Source: Eledone cirrhosa | Lineage: Eukaryota | Assembly: GCA_964016885.1 (NCBI GenBank) | Contig: OZ024754.1 | Coordinates: 34,100,001 to 34,164,000 of the forward strand | Direction: 5' to 3' | Length of the DNA stretch: 64,000 bases | Part shown: positions 1-13,434 of the stretch, in pieces | How the letters are laid out: each line of letters starts with the position of its first letter | How positions within the stretch are numbered: position 1 is the stretch's first letter | Position numbers and translations under genes: made by a program | The notes under the pieces: model-generated | What the model saw: only the letters and a program-made list of their open reading frames with translations | Database searches by the model: none | Told to the model about the DNA's origin: nothing

Positions 1-415
1 TCCGATGCCTGGCATCTGACTTGGTAAACACCCACAAAATTGTTAACCATCTTGCACCTTTTTGATTTCCATGTGTCTAACACACGTGGGCATGCCAACA
101 AAAGTCAGAAAACAGCTCCCATGACTTTCGGAAACATTTTTTCACGCTCAGAGTTGCTGAAGCATGCAACAAACTACCTGCATCGGTTGTTAGCTGTCGA
201 GACACTGCATCCTTTAAAACCTCCATGCTTCCCGAGATTCACCAACACTACACCTAATGTTCCCTCTCCATACACATACACACATGTATATCATGACTCA
301 TACACTATTCACTTCCCTGACATTTGTATATTATTCTATGTACTATACATGCGCCTTTGACAAGTTGTAGTGCACCTGAGCACTTTACACAATAATTTCA
401 TTATTATTATTATTA
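1..415 (+). mobile_element. CR1-clade LINE 3' fragment with (ATT)n tail
   Basis: Across frameshifts reads NTRGHANK...DFRKHFFTLRVAEA.NKLPASVVSCRDTASFK, matching the typical CR1 ORF2 C-terminus. Ends in (ATT)n. Same sequence recurs at 16165-16541 and 63700-63835. Confidence 0.7.
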
Positions 416-439
416 TTTTATATATTTATATATATATAT

Positions 440-700
440 ATTGTTATACTTTGGGAGGGTCATGTTGCCAATAAGAAACACATGCACCAGTTACTTTCAC
501 TTCAATTTATTATAATAAATTTATAAATTTAGGAATTTATAAATTTCCGGTTGGCTGGTTGGTTCCACAACCAGATGATTGTTTATATATTGTCGAAGTT
601 CTTTCGTCACACATTCTGTGACCTCTTCAGTGACTGGGGATTCTTTTCTTTGTTTTTGTGCCTCTCCTTTGTTCTGTCCTACGCCATCTTGTTTATATAT
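440..700 (-). mobile_element. Penelope-like LTR-type fragment carrying a hammerhead motif, in a (TA)n tract
   Basis: Near-identical to 13435-13900 (-) and 24630-24865 (+). Hammerhead motif followed by AATAAA in the sense direction. Flanked by TA repeats. Confidence 0.6.
592..634 (-). ncRNA. type I hammerhead ribozyme motif (minimal)
   Basis: Minus strand GTCA-CTGAAGA-G-GTCACA(gaatg)TGTGAC-GAAA-GAAC-TT-CGAC: intact core, 6-bp stem II, one mismatch in stem I. Confidence 0.65.
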
Positions 701-718
701 ATATATATATATATATAT

Positions 719-778
<60 letters not shown>

Positions 779-1039
779 AATATATATATACATATATATA
801 TATGAAGGTGTGTATGAATTGAATTTTTTTTTTTAAGATTTGAATTTGACTTGAAATTTAAAGGTCAGGTTTAGCTGGCCCACTATAAGGTTGTATCTCA
901 TAAGAAGTTTCTCATGTTTTAATGATAGGTGACCACAGTCCTGACATACTGTTGTTATAGCTCACACCTATGTAAGTTTAGGTAGCTTCCTATAAGGTTG
1001 TATCTCATTGAATGTTTCTTGGATGTTTTAATGATAAGG

Positions 1040-1310
1040 TCAGCATCATCATCATCGCCTTTTTACGTCCGCTTTTACCTGCTTGCAAGGGTGGGACGGG
1101 TCCTATTCAGCACAGCATCTCTCCACTTGACACGGTCCTTCGTCATCTCCTCCGTGAGTTTCAGCAATCTGAGGTCTGCTCTCACCACCTCTGCCCATGT
1201 TTTTTCGTGGCCATCCTCTACTGCGTCTTCCTTCTACTGGGATTTCTTGGTACTTCTTTACCCAGCGGTCATCCACCATGCGCATCACATGGCCATACCA
1301 TCTCAGTCCT
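1040..1310 (-). mobile_element. RTE LINE 3' fragment (family B)
   Basis: ORF 1103-1384 contains LRWYGHVMRMVDDRWVKKYQEIPVEGRRSRG. Same 3' end as 59545-60047. Confidence 0.85.
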
Positions 1311-1689
1311 ATCATGGAAAGCCATGTGAAATGAAATGTCTTGCTCAAGGACAGAACGCACTGCCTGCTCCAGGAATCAAACACATGACCCCATGAACAT
1401 CAGACCGACACCCTAACCATTAGGCTACATGCCTCAGAGGAGTGTCAATCTAAATGATTGACTAATTTGGTAGTCTGACTCATTTAGATTCTCTTCACCT
1501 GACACACACACACACATACACATACACACTGTCACACACACACAGTCACACACAGACATACACAGTCATATAAGAATTACAGTTTTTGTTGTTTTTTTTT
1601 GTTTTTTTTCAAAAGGGATAAGCAATGGTGAGCAGGTGGGGGTGATTGGAGAGAAGGGGGTGGAAAATCAAAGACAGAAGATTGCCTGG

Positions 1690-1726
<37 letters not shown>

Positions 1727-2140
1727 TTATGTAGAGGAGGGGGCAACAATGAATGGAGAAAAGTAAGTTATATTTAATGAAGGAAGTGGAAAATAAAATA
1801 ATATTTACAATAAATATGAGAGAGAGAGAGAGAGAAATAGAAAGGAAGAAAGAGAAATAGAGAGGAAGAAAGAGAAAGAGAGGAAGAGAGAGAAGAAAAG
1901 AGGAAAGAGAGAGAGAGAGAGAGGGAAAGAGAGAAAAAGAGGAAGAAAAGAGAGAGAAATAGAGAGGAAGAAAAGAGAGAGTAATAGAGAGGAGGAGAGA
2001 AAGAGAGGAATAGAGAGAAAGAAATAGTGAGAAAAAAGAGAAAGAAATAGAGGAAAAGAAAGGGAAATAGAGAGGAAAAAGAGAGAAAGAAAAGAGAGGG
2101 GTAAAGAGTGAAAGAAAGATACAGAGAGAGGAGGGAAGAA
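1690..2140. repeat. (GA)n / purine-rich low-complexity tract
   Basis: Directly visible. Confidence 0.95.
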
Positions 2141-2309
2141 ATAAAACAGGGTGAGGGGAAGGGTGGAGGTCGTAATAAAAAACTAATCTGCAGAGAGAAG
2201 TGGGGAGGGGTGTATTGTTCCTTGTTTGGCAACAGACATTACTACAATAATTGGATGACACAGCATGCCTGGGACTCTAACCCTTCCTCCTATTAATGGT
2301 TTCTCATGA

Positions 2310-2735
2310 TTTTATACACATATGCACACATGAACACATGCACATATGTACACATGCACATATGTACACATGCACATATGCACACATACACAGATGCATA
2401 CGTGCACACATGCAAATGTGTACACATGCACAGATGCATATATATATGTGCATATGTGCATGTGTACACATGCATACATACATATATGTACATATGCATA
2501 GATGCATACATGCACATATGTACATATACACACATGCACAGATGCACATGTGCATGCCATTTTTTCTGCTTCACATAAACATACACAAACACACATACAC
2601 ATTCTCATTTTTCTTTACATAAACACTGTCTTTTTTTCTGTATATACACACATATATATACACACACATGCATACACACACATATATGCACACACATATA
2701 TATACACACACACATATATATACACTCACACACAT
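2310..2735. repeat. degenerate (CA/TA/TG) microsatellite
   Basis: Directly visible. Confidence 0.9.
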
Positions 2736-2747
2736 TTTCATACAGGA

Positions 2748-3228
2748 TAACGACATCGTCAACAACAACAACAACAGTGGCAGCAGCAACAGCAGTAACA
2801 ACATCATCAATAATATCAACAAGAACAACAACAACAACACCAACAACCACACTAACAACAACAACTACTAACAACAACAACTGCAATAACAACAACTGCA
2901 ATAACAACAACAACATCAACGACAACCGAAGTAGCAACAACAACAACAACAGCAGTAACAACATCAACAGCAACAACAACAGTAACAACAATAACAACAT
3001 CAACAACAACCACAGTAGCAACAACAACAACAGCAGTAACAATATCAACAGCAACAACAACAACCACAACAACATCAACAACAACGACAGTAGCAACAAC
3101 AACAACATCAACCACAGTAGCAACAACAACCACAGTAGCAACAACAACAACAACAGCAACAAGAACATCACCAACCACAACAACAACATCATGAACATCA
3201 ACAGCGATAACAACAACAACAACAACAG
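2748..3228. repeat. degenerate (AAC)n trinucleotide tract
   Basis: Directly visible; produces poly-N/poly-L/poly-V pseudo-ORFs. Confidence 0.95.
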
Positions 3229-3502
3229 CCAGGCTTGGAATAAAACCATCTTCAAAGACACGTGTAAAGGAAACAGCGGTATAATGGAGAAGGAGGAGGC
3301 TAAGGAAGTGGAGGAAACAAGAATTCAATAAAAGAGAAGGAAGCAATATCCCCCCTACCCCACCCTCACCAGTTTCATCAATGTTATTACCAGACATACA
3401 ATACATAACAACCTACTTCACATGACGACACACCACCGCATGCAGCCTAGTAGTTAGGGTGTTGGGTTTTCAATCATAATGTCGTAGGTTCAATTCCTGG
3501 AC

Positions 3503-4260
3503 CAGATGGTGCATTGTGTTCTTGAAAGGGGGATCATATTCCCAAAACATAAAGGGCTAATTAAATATATCAGAGATAACATGGTGGTGTGTTGTGTACT
3601 TGAACAAAACACTTCATAGCTTCTTAAACGTTATCTTTTGAGAAGGGGATCATGTTCCCAAAATATAAAGGGCTAATTAAACATTTCAGAGATAACATGG
3701 TGGTGTGTTGTGTACTTGAACAAAACACTTCATAGTTTCTTAAACGTTCTCTTTTGAGAAGGGGATCATGTTCCCAAAATATAAAGGGCTAATTAAACAT
3801 TTCAGAGATAACATGGTGGTGTGTTGTGTACTTGAACAAAACACTTCATAGTTTCTTAAACGTTCTCTTTTGAGAAGGGGATCATGTTCCCAAAATATAA
3901 AGGGCTAATTAAACATTTCATAGATAACATGGTGGTGTGTTGTGTACTTGAACAAAACACTTCATAGCTTCTTAAACATTCTCTTTTGAGAAGGGGATCA
4001 TGTTCCCAAAATATAAAGGGCTAATTAAACATTTCAGAGATAACATGGTGGTGTGTTGTGTACTTGAACAAAACACTTCATAGCTTCTTAAACATTCTCT
4101 TTTGAGAAGGGGATCATGTTCCCAAAATATAAAGGGCTAATTAAACATTTCAGAGATAACATGGTGGTGTGTTGTGTACTTGAACAAAACACTTCATAGC
4201 TTCTTAAACATTCTCTTTTGAGAAGGGGATCATGTTCCCAAAATATAAAGGGCTAATTAA
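3503..4260 (+). repeat. 116-bp tandem repeat, about 6.3 copies, starting inside a SINE
   Basis: ACATGGTGGTGTGTTG recurs at 3811, 3927 and 4043 (period 116). A degenerate tRNA-like SINE head precedes it at about 3438-3520. Confidence 0.9.
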
Positions 4261-5389
4261 ATAAACATCTCTGAACACAAATCAACACTCAGCGTTACGG
4301 ACACAGAACCTTATGGCCATGAGGTCAACACCTGAACTACTAGGCCACTCAGCCTTACGGACACACAACCTTATGTTCATGAGTTCAACACGTGAACCAC
4401 TAGGCCACATGCCTTCACTAATCATATGTAACCTGATAATGGTATCTATTTCAGCTAAACTGATGTAACTAGTTTTGAACCCATCACCTTTGTGTTCAGC
4501 ACAGCACCACAACAAACAATATAGGATATATCATCATCATCATTGTTTAACATCCATTTTCCCTGCTGGGAAAGCTTGGATTGGACATGTTGTTACAGAC
4601 CAGTCCGTATACAAGTAGAGTCTCTTACCTCCAGGTAAGCTGGGGAGGGGCTGACATACGACTTTGTACTCTACCAAATGCAGTTTATCACGGCACTAAT
4701 ATTAGAGAAGTTGTCATGACTTTGGCCCAGCTTTCTATGACTGGATGCCCTTCCTATCACCAACCAATTTACAGAGTGCGCTGGGTGATCGTTCATCATG
4801 TAAATCACAATGACTAGGGATGTGGACCTGTCTTTGACACAACAGAAAAATCCTACTGACGCTTTATTTGGCATGTTTTCTATGGCTGGATGCCCTTCCT
4901 ATCACCAACCAATTTACAGTGTGCACTGGGTGCATTTCTCATGTAGTTCACCAACACTAGAGAAGTTGTTATACCCCTGACACAACTAAGAGCTCTCTAC
5001 ATCCTTTTGGTAAGTTTTCTACAGCAGGGTGCCCTTCCTACTGCAGGATGTACTCTGTATGTGTATGTGTGGTGTGTGTGTTTGTATTGTATGTATGTGT
5101 TGGTATTGTAAGTGTGTGTGCCTGTGTTAGTGTTGTATGTGTGTGTGTCTGTATTGGTGTATATATATAGTATATATATATAGTATGTGTGTGTGTGTAT
5201 ATTAAATGCATGTATGTATTGTATGTTTGTTGTGGCTTTGCATATGTGTGTGTGTGTGTGCACATATGTCTGTGTGTGCATATGTGTGTGTGTGTGTGCA
5301 CATATGTCTGTGTGTGCATATGTGTGTGTGTTCAGTAAATATATGTCAAAGCTATACACACACTACTGAATAAACATATGTGTACATAC

Positions 5390-5752
5390 ATCACCACCAC
5401 CACCACCACTGCCACCACCAACACCACCACTGCCACCACCATCAACACCACCACCACCATCAACACCACCACCACCACCACCACTGCCACCACCATCAAC
5501 ACCACCTCCACCAACACCACCACCACCATCAACACCACCTCCACCAACACCACCACTGCCACAACCATCAACACCACCACCAACACCACAACTGCCACCA
5601 CCATCAACACCACCACCACCACTGCCACCAACACCAACACCACCACCACAAACCACCATCAACACCACCACCACCACTGCCACCAACACCACCACCAACA
5701 CCATCACCAACACCACCACCACAAACCACCATCAACACCACCACCACCACCG
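5390..5752. repeat. (ACC)n degenerate trinucleotide tract
   Basis: Directly visible. Confidence 0.95.
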
Positions 5753-6305
5753 TTTATATTCCATGCTAACATGGGTTGGACGATATAGTAGAAACAAATA
5801 TAGATGCTCTTAACTGTGTGTGGTGTGTGGTGTGTGTGTGGTGTGTGGTGTGTGGTGTGTGGTGTGTGTGTGTGGTGTGTGGTGTGTGGTGTGTGGTGTG
5901 TGTGTGGTGTGTGTGTGGTGTGTGTGGTGTGTGTGTGTGGTGTGTGGTGTGTGTGTGTGGTGTGTGGTGTGTGGTGTGTGGTGTGTGGTGTGTGGTGTGT
6001 GTGGTGTGTGTGTGTGGTGTGTGGTGTGTGTGTGTGGTGTGTGGTGTGTGTGGTGTGTGTGTGTGGTGTGTGGTGTGTGTGTGTGGTGTGTGTGTGTGGT
6101 GTGTGTGTGTGGTGTGTGGTGTGTGGTGTGTGTGTGTGGTGTGTGGTGTGTGGTGTGTGGTGTGTGGTGTGTGTGTGTGGTGTGTGGTGTGTGGTGTGTG
6201 GTGTGTGTGTGTGTGTGTGGTGTGTGGTGTGTGGTGTGTGGTGTGTGGTGTGTGGTGTGTGTGTGTGTGGTGTGTGGTGTGTGGTGTGTGTGTGTGTGGT
6301 GTGTG

Positions 6306-6518
6306 TACAGTACCAAATATAGACGCACTCAATTATAAATGTGGTGTGTGTGCATGTGTGTGCATGTGTGGGTACAGTACGAAAATACAGATGCCCTTAA
6401 CTGTAAATGCGGTGTGTGTGTGTGTGTGTGTGTGTGCATGTGTGTGCATGTGTGTGTGTGCATGTGTGTGCATGTGTGGGTACAGTACGAAAATACAGAT
6501 GCCCTTAACTGTAAATGC

Positions 6519-6569
<51 letters not shown>

Positions 6570-6603
6570 AGTACCAAATACAGAGGCCCTTAACTGTAAA
6601 TGC

Positions 6604-6651
<48 letters not shown>

Positions 6652-6696
6652 TGTGTGTGTACAGTACCAACTACAGAGGCCCTTAACTGTAAATGC

Positions 6697-6737
<41 letters not shown>

Positions 6738-6771
6738 AGTACCAACTACAGAGGCCCTTAACTGTAAATGC

Positions 6772-6823
<52 letters not shown>

Positions 6824-6868
6824 TGTGTGTGTACAGTACCAACTACAGAGGCCCTTAACTGTAAATGC

Positions 6869-6929
<61 letters not shown>

Positions 6930-6963
6930 AGTACCAACTACAGAGGCCCTTAACTGTAAATGC

Positions 6964-7020
<57 letters not shown>

Positions 7021-7055
7021 AGTACCAACTACAGAGGCCCTTAACTGTAAATGCG

Positions 7056-7090
<35 letters not shown>

Positions 7091-7135
7091 TGTGTGTGTA
7101 CAGTACCAACTACAGAGGCCCTTAACTGTAAATGC

Positions 7136-7183
<48 letters not shown>

Positions 7184-7228
7184 TGTGTGTGTACAGTACC
7201 AACTACAGAGGCCCTTAACTGTAAATGC

Positions 7229-7287
<59 letters not shown>

Positions 7288-7321
7288 AGTACCAACTACA
7301 GAGGCCCTTAACTGTAAATGC

Positions 7322-7360
<39 letters not shown>

Positions 7361-7412
7361 ATGTGTGTGTGTGTGTACAGTACCAACTACAGAGGCCCTT
7401 AACTGTAAATGC

Positions 7413-7460
<48 letters not shown>

Positions 7461-7505
7461 TGTGTGTGTACAGTACCAACTACAGAGGCCCTTAACTGTA
7501 AATGC

Positions 7506-7557
<52 letters not shown>

Positions 7558-7603
7558 TGTGTGTGTACAGTACCAACTACAGAGGCCCTTAACTGTAAAT
7601 GCG

Positions 7604-7636
<33 letters not shown>

Positions 7637-7697
7637 TGTGTGTGTATGTGTGTGTGTGTGTACAGTACCAACTACAGAGGCCCTTAACTGTAAATGC

Positions 7698-7741
<44 letters not shown>

Positions 7742-7786
7742 TGTGTGTGTACAGTACCAACTACAGAGGCCCTTAACTGTAAATGT

Positions 7787-7834
<48 letters not shown>

Positions 7835-7904
7835 TGTGTATGTGTGTGTGTGTGTACAGTACCAACTACAGAGGCCCTTAACTGTAAATGCGGTGTGTGT
7901 GTGT

Positions 7905-7944
<40 letters not shown>

Positions 7945-7979
7945 AGTACCAACTACAGAGGCCCTTAACTGTAAATGCG

Positions 7980-8014
<35 letters not shown>

Positions 8015-8071
8015 TGTGTATGTGTGTGTGTGTGTACAGTACCAACTACAGAGGCCCTTAACTGTAAATGT

Positions 8072-8121
<50 letters not shown>

Positions 8122-8178
8122 TGTGTATGTGTGTGTGTGTGTACAGTACCAACTACAGAGGCCCTTAACTGTAAATGT

Positions 8179-8227
<49 letters not shown>

Positions 8228-8262
8228 AGTACCAACTACAGAGGCCCTTAACTGTAAATGCG

Positions 8263-8297
<35 letters not shown>

Positions 8298-8354
8298 TGT
8301 GTATGTGTGTGTGTGTGTACAGTACCAACTACAGAGGCCCTTAACTGTAAATGT

Positions 8355-8408
<54 letters not shown>

Positions 8409-8534
8409 TGTGTATGTGTGTGTGTGTGTACAGTACCAACTACAGAGGCCCTTAACTGTAAATGCGGTGTGTGTGTGTGTGTATGTGTGTGTGTGTGTAC
8501 AGTACCAACTACAGAGGCCCTTAACTGTAAATGT

Positions 8535-8578
<44 letters not shown>

Positions 8579-8651
8579 TGTGTGTGTATGTGTGTGTGTA
8601 TGTGTGTGTGTGTGTACAGTACCAACTACAGAGGCCCTTAACTGTAAATGC

Positions 8652-8693
<42 letters not shown>

Positions 8694-8766
8694 TGTGTGT
8701 GTATGTGTGTGTGTATGTGTGTGTGTGTGTACAGTACCAACTACAGAGGCCCTTAACTGTAAATGT

Positions 8767-8808
<42 letters not shown>

Positions 8809-8881
8809 TGTGTGTGTATGTGTGTGTGTATGTGTGTGTGTGTGTACAGTACCAACTACAGAGGCCCTTAACTGTAAATGC

Positions 8882-8931
<50 letters not shown>

Positions 8932-8988
8932 TGTGTATGTGTGTGTGTGTGTACAGTACCAACTACAGAGGCCCTTAACTGTAAATGT

Positions 8989-9044
<56 letters not shown>

Positions 9045-9170
9045 TGTGTATGTGTGTGTGTGTGTACAGTACCAACTACAGAGGCCCTTAACTGTAAATG
9101 CGGTGTGTGTGTGTGTGTATGTGTGTGTGTGTGTACAGTACCAACTACAGAGGCCCTTAACTGTAAATGT

Positions 9171-9212
<42 letters not shown>

Positions 9213-9285
9213 TGTGTGTGTATGTGTGTGTGTATGTGTGTGTGTGTGTACAGTACCAACTACAGAGGCCCTTAACTGTAAATGC

Positions 9286-9334
<49 letters not shown>

Positions 9335-9368
9335 AGTACCAACTACAGAGGCCCTTAACTGTAAATGC

Positions 9369-9423
<55 letters not shown>

Positions 9424-9457
9424 AGTACCAAATACAGAGGCCCTTAACTGTAAATGC

Positions 9458-9503
<46 letters not shown>

Positions 9504-9551
9504 TGTGTGTGTGTACAGTACCAAATACAGATGCCCTTAACTGTAAATGCG

Positions 9552-9586
<35 letters not shown>

Positions 9587-9652
9587 TGTGTATGTGTGTG
9601 TGTGTGTGTGTGGGTACAGTACGAAAATACAGATGCCCTTAACTGTAAATGC

Positions 9653-9715
<63 letters not shown>

Positions 9716-9743
9716 AGTACCAACTACAGAGGCCCTTAACTGT
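6306..9743. repeat. composite satellite: constant core of about 39 bp separated by variable-length (GT)n, about 37 units
   Basis: TACAGTACCAACTACAGAGGCCCTTAACTGTAAATGYGG recurs from 6306 to 9713. Preceded by a (GT/GGT) tract at 5815-6305. Confidence 0.95.
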
Positions 9744-9941
9744 GAACATGTGAACCAAATGCTGCATGTTTTCTCAATAAACATCAGTTCAACCCTAACA
9801 GCGACCCCCAACATGTTGCCTTGATGGGAATCATTGACGGAGTGAAAGGAGTTATTATATTTCAGTTTATTTCAGTTATTTCGACATCTTGCTGTGTCGA
9901 TCTGGTTTAGAATAGACACACTGTGTCTCTAGACAAGAGAC

Positions 9942-10799
9942 ATGGCCCAGTGGTTAGGGTGTTGGACTGACAGTCATAAGGGGGTGAGTTCAATTCCTGT
10001 TAAGGGTTAATTCTGTATGTCTGGAGAAGGCAGATGGCCCAGTGGTTAGGGTGTTGGACTGACAGTCATAAGGGGGTGAGTTCAATTCCTGTTAAGGGTT
10101 AATTCTGTATGTCTGGAGAAGGCAGATGGCCCAGTGGTTAGGGTGTTGGACTGACAGTCATAAGGGGGTGAGTTCAATTCCTGTTAAGGGTTAATTCTGT
10201 ATGTCTGGAGAAGGCAGATGGCCCAGTGGTTAGGGTGTTGGACTGACAGTCATAAGGGGGTGAGTTCAATTCCTGTTAAGGGTTAATTCTGTATGTCTGG
10301 AGAAGGCAGATGGCCCAGTGGTTAGGGTGTTGGACTGACAGTCATAAGGGGATGAGTTCAATTCCTGTTAAGGGTTAATTCTGTATGTCTGGAGAAGGCA
10401 GATGGCCCAGTGGTTAGAGTGTTGGACTGACAGTCATAAGGGGATGAGTTCAATTCCTGTTAAGGGTTAATTCTGTATGTCTGGAGAAGGCAGATGGCCC
10501 AGTGGTTAGGGTGTTGGACTGACAGTCATAAGGTGATGAGTTCAATTCCTGTTAAGGGTTAATTCTGTATGTCTGGAGAAGGCAGATGGCCCAGTGGTTA
10601 GGGTGTTGGACTGACAGTCATAAGGTGGTGAGTTCAATTCCTGTTAAGGGTTAATTCTGTATGTCTGGAGAAGGCAGATGGCCCAGTGGTTAGGGTGTTG
10701 GACTGACAGTCATAAGGTGGTGAGTTCAATTCCTGTTAAGGGTTAATTCTGTATGTCTGGAGAAGGCAGATGGCCTAGTGGTTAAGGTGTTGGACTGAC
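9942..10799 (+). repeat. 92-bp tandem array of tRNA-derived SINE heads, about 9.3 copies
   Basis: ATGGCCCAGTGG at 9942, 10034, 10126 ... 10770. Each full unit has an A-box-like TGGCCCAGTGG and a B-box-like GAGTTCAATTC. Confidence 0.9.
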
Positions 10800-11129
10800 T
10801 TAGGGCTAAACAACACCAAGATATGAATCAACAACAAATGTGGTCATAGACTCAGTAATGCTAGATGAAGATAGTGCTCAGCTCTGGTTTCAGAGTGTTA
10901 AGGTGATAAGAGATAAATATCTTAGTAAACATGTCACCACTCTGTCACAGGGAACATTCTTTTATTATATGAAGATCTAATCCTTCTTCCATGCTTTTGG
11001 TCATTTACACACATACACACATACACACACATATTTAAGTTCTTACACAGGCACACACACATATTAGTGTATAGAGAGGCACATACACATATTAGTGTAT
11101 AGAGAGGCACATACACATGTAAGTGCTTA

Positions 11130-11530
11130 CACTGGCACATATACATGTAAGTGTTTAGATAGGCACATACATGTATTAGTGTTTAGACAGCCACATACAC
11201 ATCTAAGTGTTTAGATAGGTAGATACACATCTAAGTGTTTAGATAGGTAGATACACATCTAAGTGTTTAGATAGGTAGATACACATCTAAGTGTTTAGAT
11301 AGGTAGATACACATCTAAGTGTTTAGACAGGTAGATACACATCTAAGTGTTTAGATAGGTAGATACACATCTAAGTGTTTAGATAGGTAGATACACATCT
11401 AAGTGTTTAGACAGGTAGTTACACATCTAAGTGTTTAGACAGGTAGTTACACATCTAAGTGTTTAGACAGGTAGTTACACATCTAAGTGTTTAGACAGGT
11501 AGTTACACATATAAGTGTTTAGACAGAGAT
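11130..11530. repeat. 28-bp minisatellite
   Basis: TCTAAGTGTTTAGATAGGTAGATACACA repeated with period 28. Confidence 0.9.
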
Positions 11531-11699
11531 GTAAGTGTAAATATCCTATTGAAGACAATGAAAACAAAGAATCTTGATCCCTCCCACAAACCCACTTTAC
11601 CATTTCCAAAGAGGTTTTAACCCTCTCGATACCAAATTACATGAAACAACCACTTGTTACAAAACTTGGTACAAAACTGTTTGTTTATCTATATATATA

Positions 11700-12022
11700 T
11701 ACAAGGGTCGGCTGAAAGGTTCATAGACTAACTATGAATGAATGATGCTAGAGCTGTGAAATCTTGCATGCATTAATTTCCTCTCTTCTTAATAATAGCT
11801 GCATTGTTTCTTTCCAGGGACTATGTTGAAAAATAAACCTCATTTGGTCAGCCTATGAAGGAGTGATGCTAGAGCTATGAAATCTTGCATGCATTAATTT
11901 CAACTCCTTTTATTAATAACTGAATTGTTTCTTTCCAGGGACTATGTTGAAAAATAAACCTCAACTGGTCATTCCATGAGAGTATCTTGGTCAACCTATG
12001 GGCCTTTCAGCTGACCTTCATA
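11700..12022. mobile_element. Tc1/mariner-like MITE
   Basis: Imperfect TIRs (TACAAGGGTCGGCTGAAAGGTTCATAG / CTATGGGCCTTTCAGCTGACCTTCATA) at TA sites, with an internal duplication. Relatives at 40310-40655 and 41668-41866. Confidence 0.65.
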
Positions 12023-12059
12023 TATTTATCTAAATCCCTTCCATCACAGTCTTATATAT

Positions 12060-12460
12060 GACCATTGTTAAGTTATGTTCCAAATATCAACTTAAAACTG
12101 AGGAAGTTTATGTTTTTAGAAGACCCCACGCGGTCAAGAATGACCATGATTTTGCACCTAGAAAGTTTCCCTCCGAGGCACAAACCTGGGCAAGATTTTC
12201 TTTGTGGAAGACCAGTAGTTGCCCATACATACCAGCCTCCCCTCTCTCCACGCCACCGATGTTGTCCAAGAGAAAGGCAATGGCTGATACAGCTTGACAC
12301 CAGTGATGTCGCTGCTCATTTCTACAGCTGAGTAAACTGAAGCAACGTGAAATAAATTATCTTGCTCAAGGACACAACACAACACCCGGTCCGAAATTCG
12401 AACTCACAGCCTCTCAATTGCAAGCCCAATGCTCTAACCACTAAGTCATGTGCCTTCACA
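12060..12460 (-). mobile_element. tRNA-derived SINE (family 1 head, different tail)
   Basis: Minus-strand head GGCACATGACTTAGTGGTTAGAGC...GAGTTCGAATTTC, then TGTGTCCTTGAGCAAG central domain. Confidence 0.75.
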
Positions 12461-12649
12461 AAGTTTATTACTGAATTATTATTGAATACTATTTTCAAAT
12501 CATCTGCAGTGTATTACATTGGAAATACAGTAACGAATGGGTTAAGTATGAAAATGGGGGGGGGGGGGTGAATATGATAACTATTAGATGTAATGGAGGA
12601 AGTAGGGAAAGTAAGAGGGTGGAGAGTATGAGAGAGGAGTTGCATGATG

Positions 12650-13300
12650 GCAAATATATCTAATGGGGAGGGGGCAAGTTGAGGGGAGTACAGGGGGGGG
12701 GGGGGTACATGTGAACAAATAGATATAATGGGGAGAGCAAGTTGTGGGGGGTACAGAGGAGGGGGTGGGTAAGTTACATGTCAACAAATAGATATAATTG
12801 CTTCTACTTTTGGCACAAGGCCAGCAATTATTCCAGTGAATTACTGGTACTTTATTTTATCGACCCCGTAAGGTAAAGTACCAGTAATGCACTGGGTAAT
12901 TGCTGGCCTTGTGCCAAAAGTAGAAGCAATTATATCTATTTGTTAACATGTAACGCCCCCTATATAATGGGGGGGAAGCAAGTTGAGGAGAGTACGGAGA
13001 GGGGGGGGCGTAACATGTTAAGGAATAGATATAATGGGGGGGGGGCAAGTTGAGGGGAGTACAGAGAGGGGGGTTTACATGTTAACAATTAGATATAATG
13101 AGGGGGAGCAAGTTGAGGGGGTGGGGCGTTACTTGTTAACAAATAGATATAATGGGGGGGAGCAAGTTGAGGGCAGTACAGAGAGGGGGGGCGTAACATG
13201 TTAAGAAATAGATATAATGTGGGGGGGGGGGAAGTTGAGGGGAGTACAGAGCGAGGGGGTTACATGTTAACAAATAGATATAATGGTATGGGGGGAGGGG
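12650..13300. repeat. G-rich degenerate tandem repeat (unit about 60 bp) containing an inverted pair of SINE tails
   Basis: Recurrent AATAGATATAATGGGGG...CAAGTTGAGGGG...TACATGTTAAC. Inverted duplication at about 12778-12950. Confidence 0.7.
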
Positions 13301-13434
13301 GACAGATGAGACAGATGTTAAACTGTTGATGCTCAACATTTGGAATAAATATGAGGGTAGAATATAGAGATAAAAATTAACTTGATACAGAAGTAGGGGT
13401 ACATTTCTAAAGATATAAACACTGTATATATATA

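Noticed and set aside
6306-9743. CRISPR array
   Set aside because: Spacers are only (GT)n, there are no cas genes, and the context is eukaryotic.
1668-9824. Long ORFs (poly-CV, HT, N, L, T, SL)
   Set aside because: Translations of simple repeats, open in several frames on both strands.
9942-10799. tRNA gene cluster
   Set aside because: No complete acceptor stem and weak anticodon stem; resembles SINE heads elsewhere in the window.
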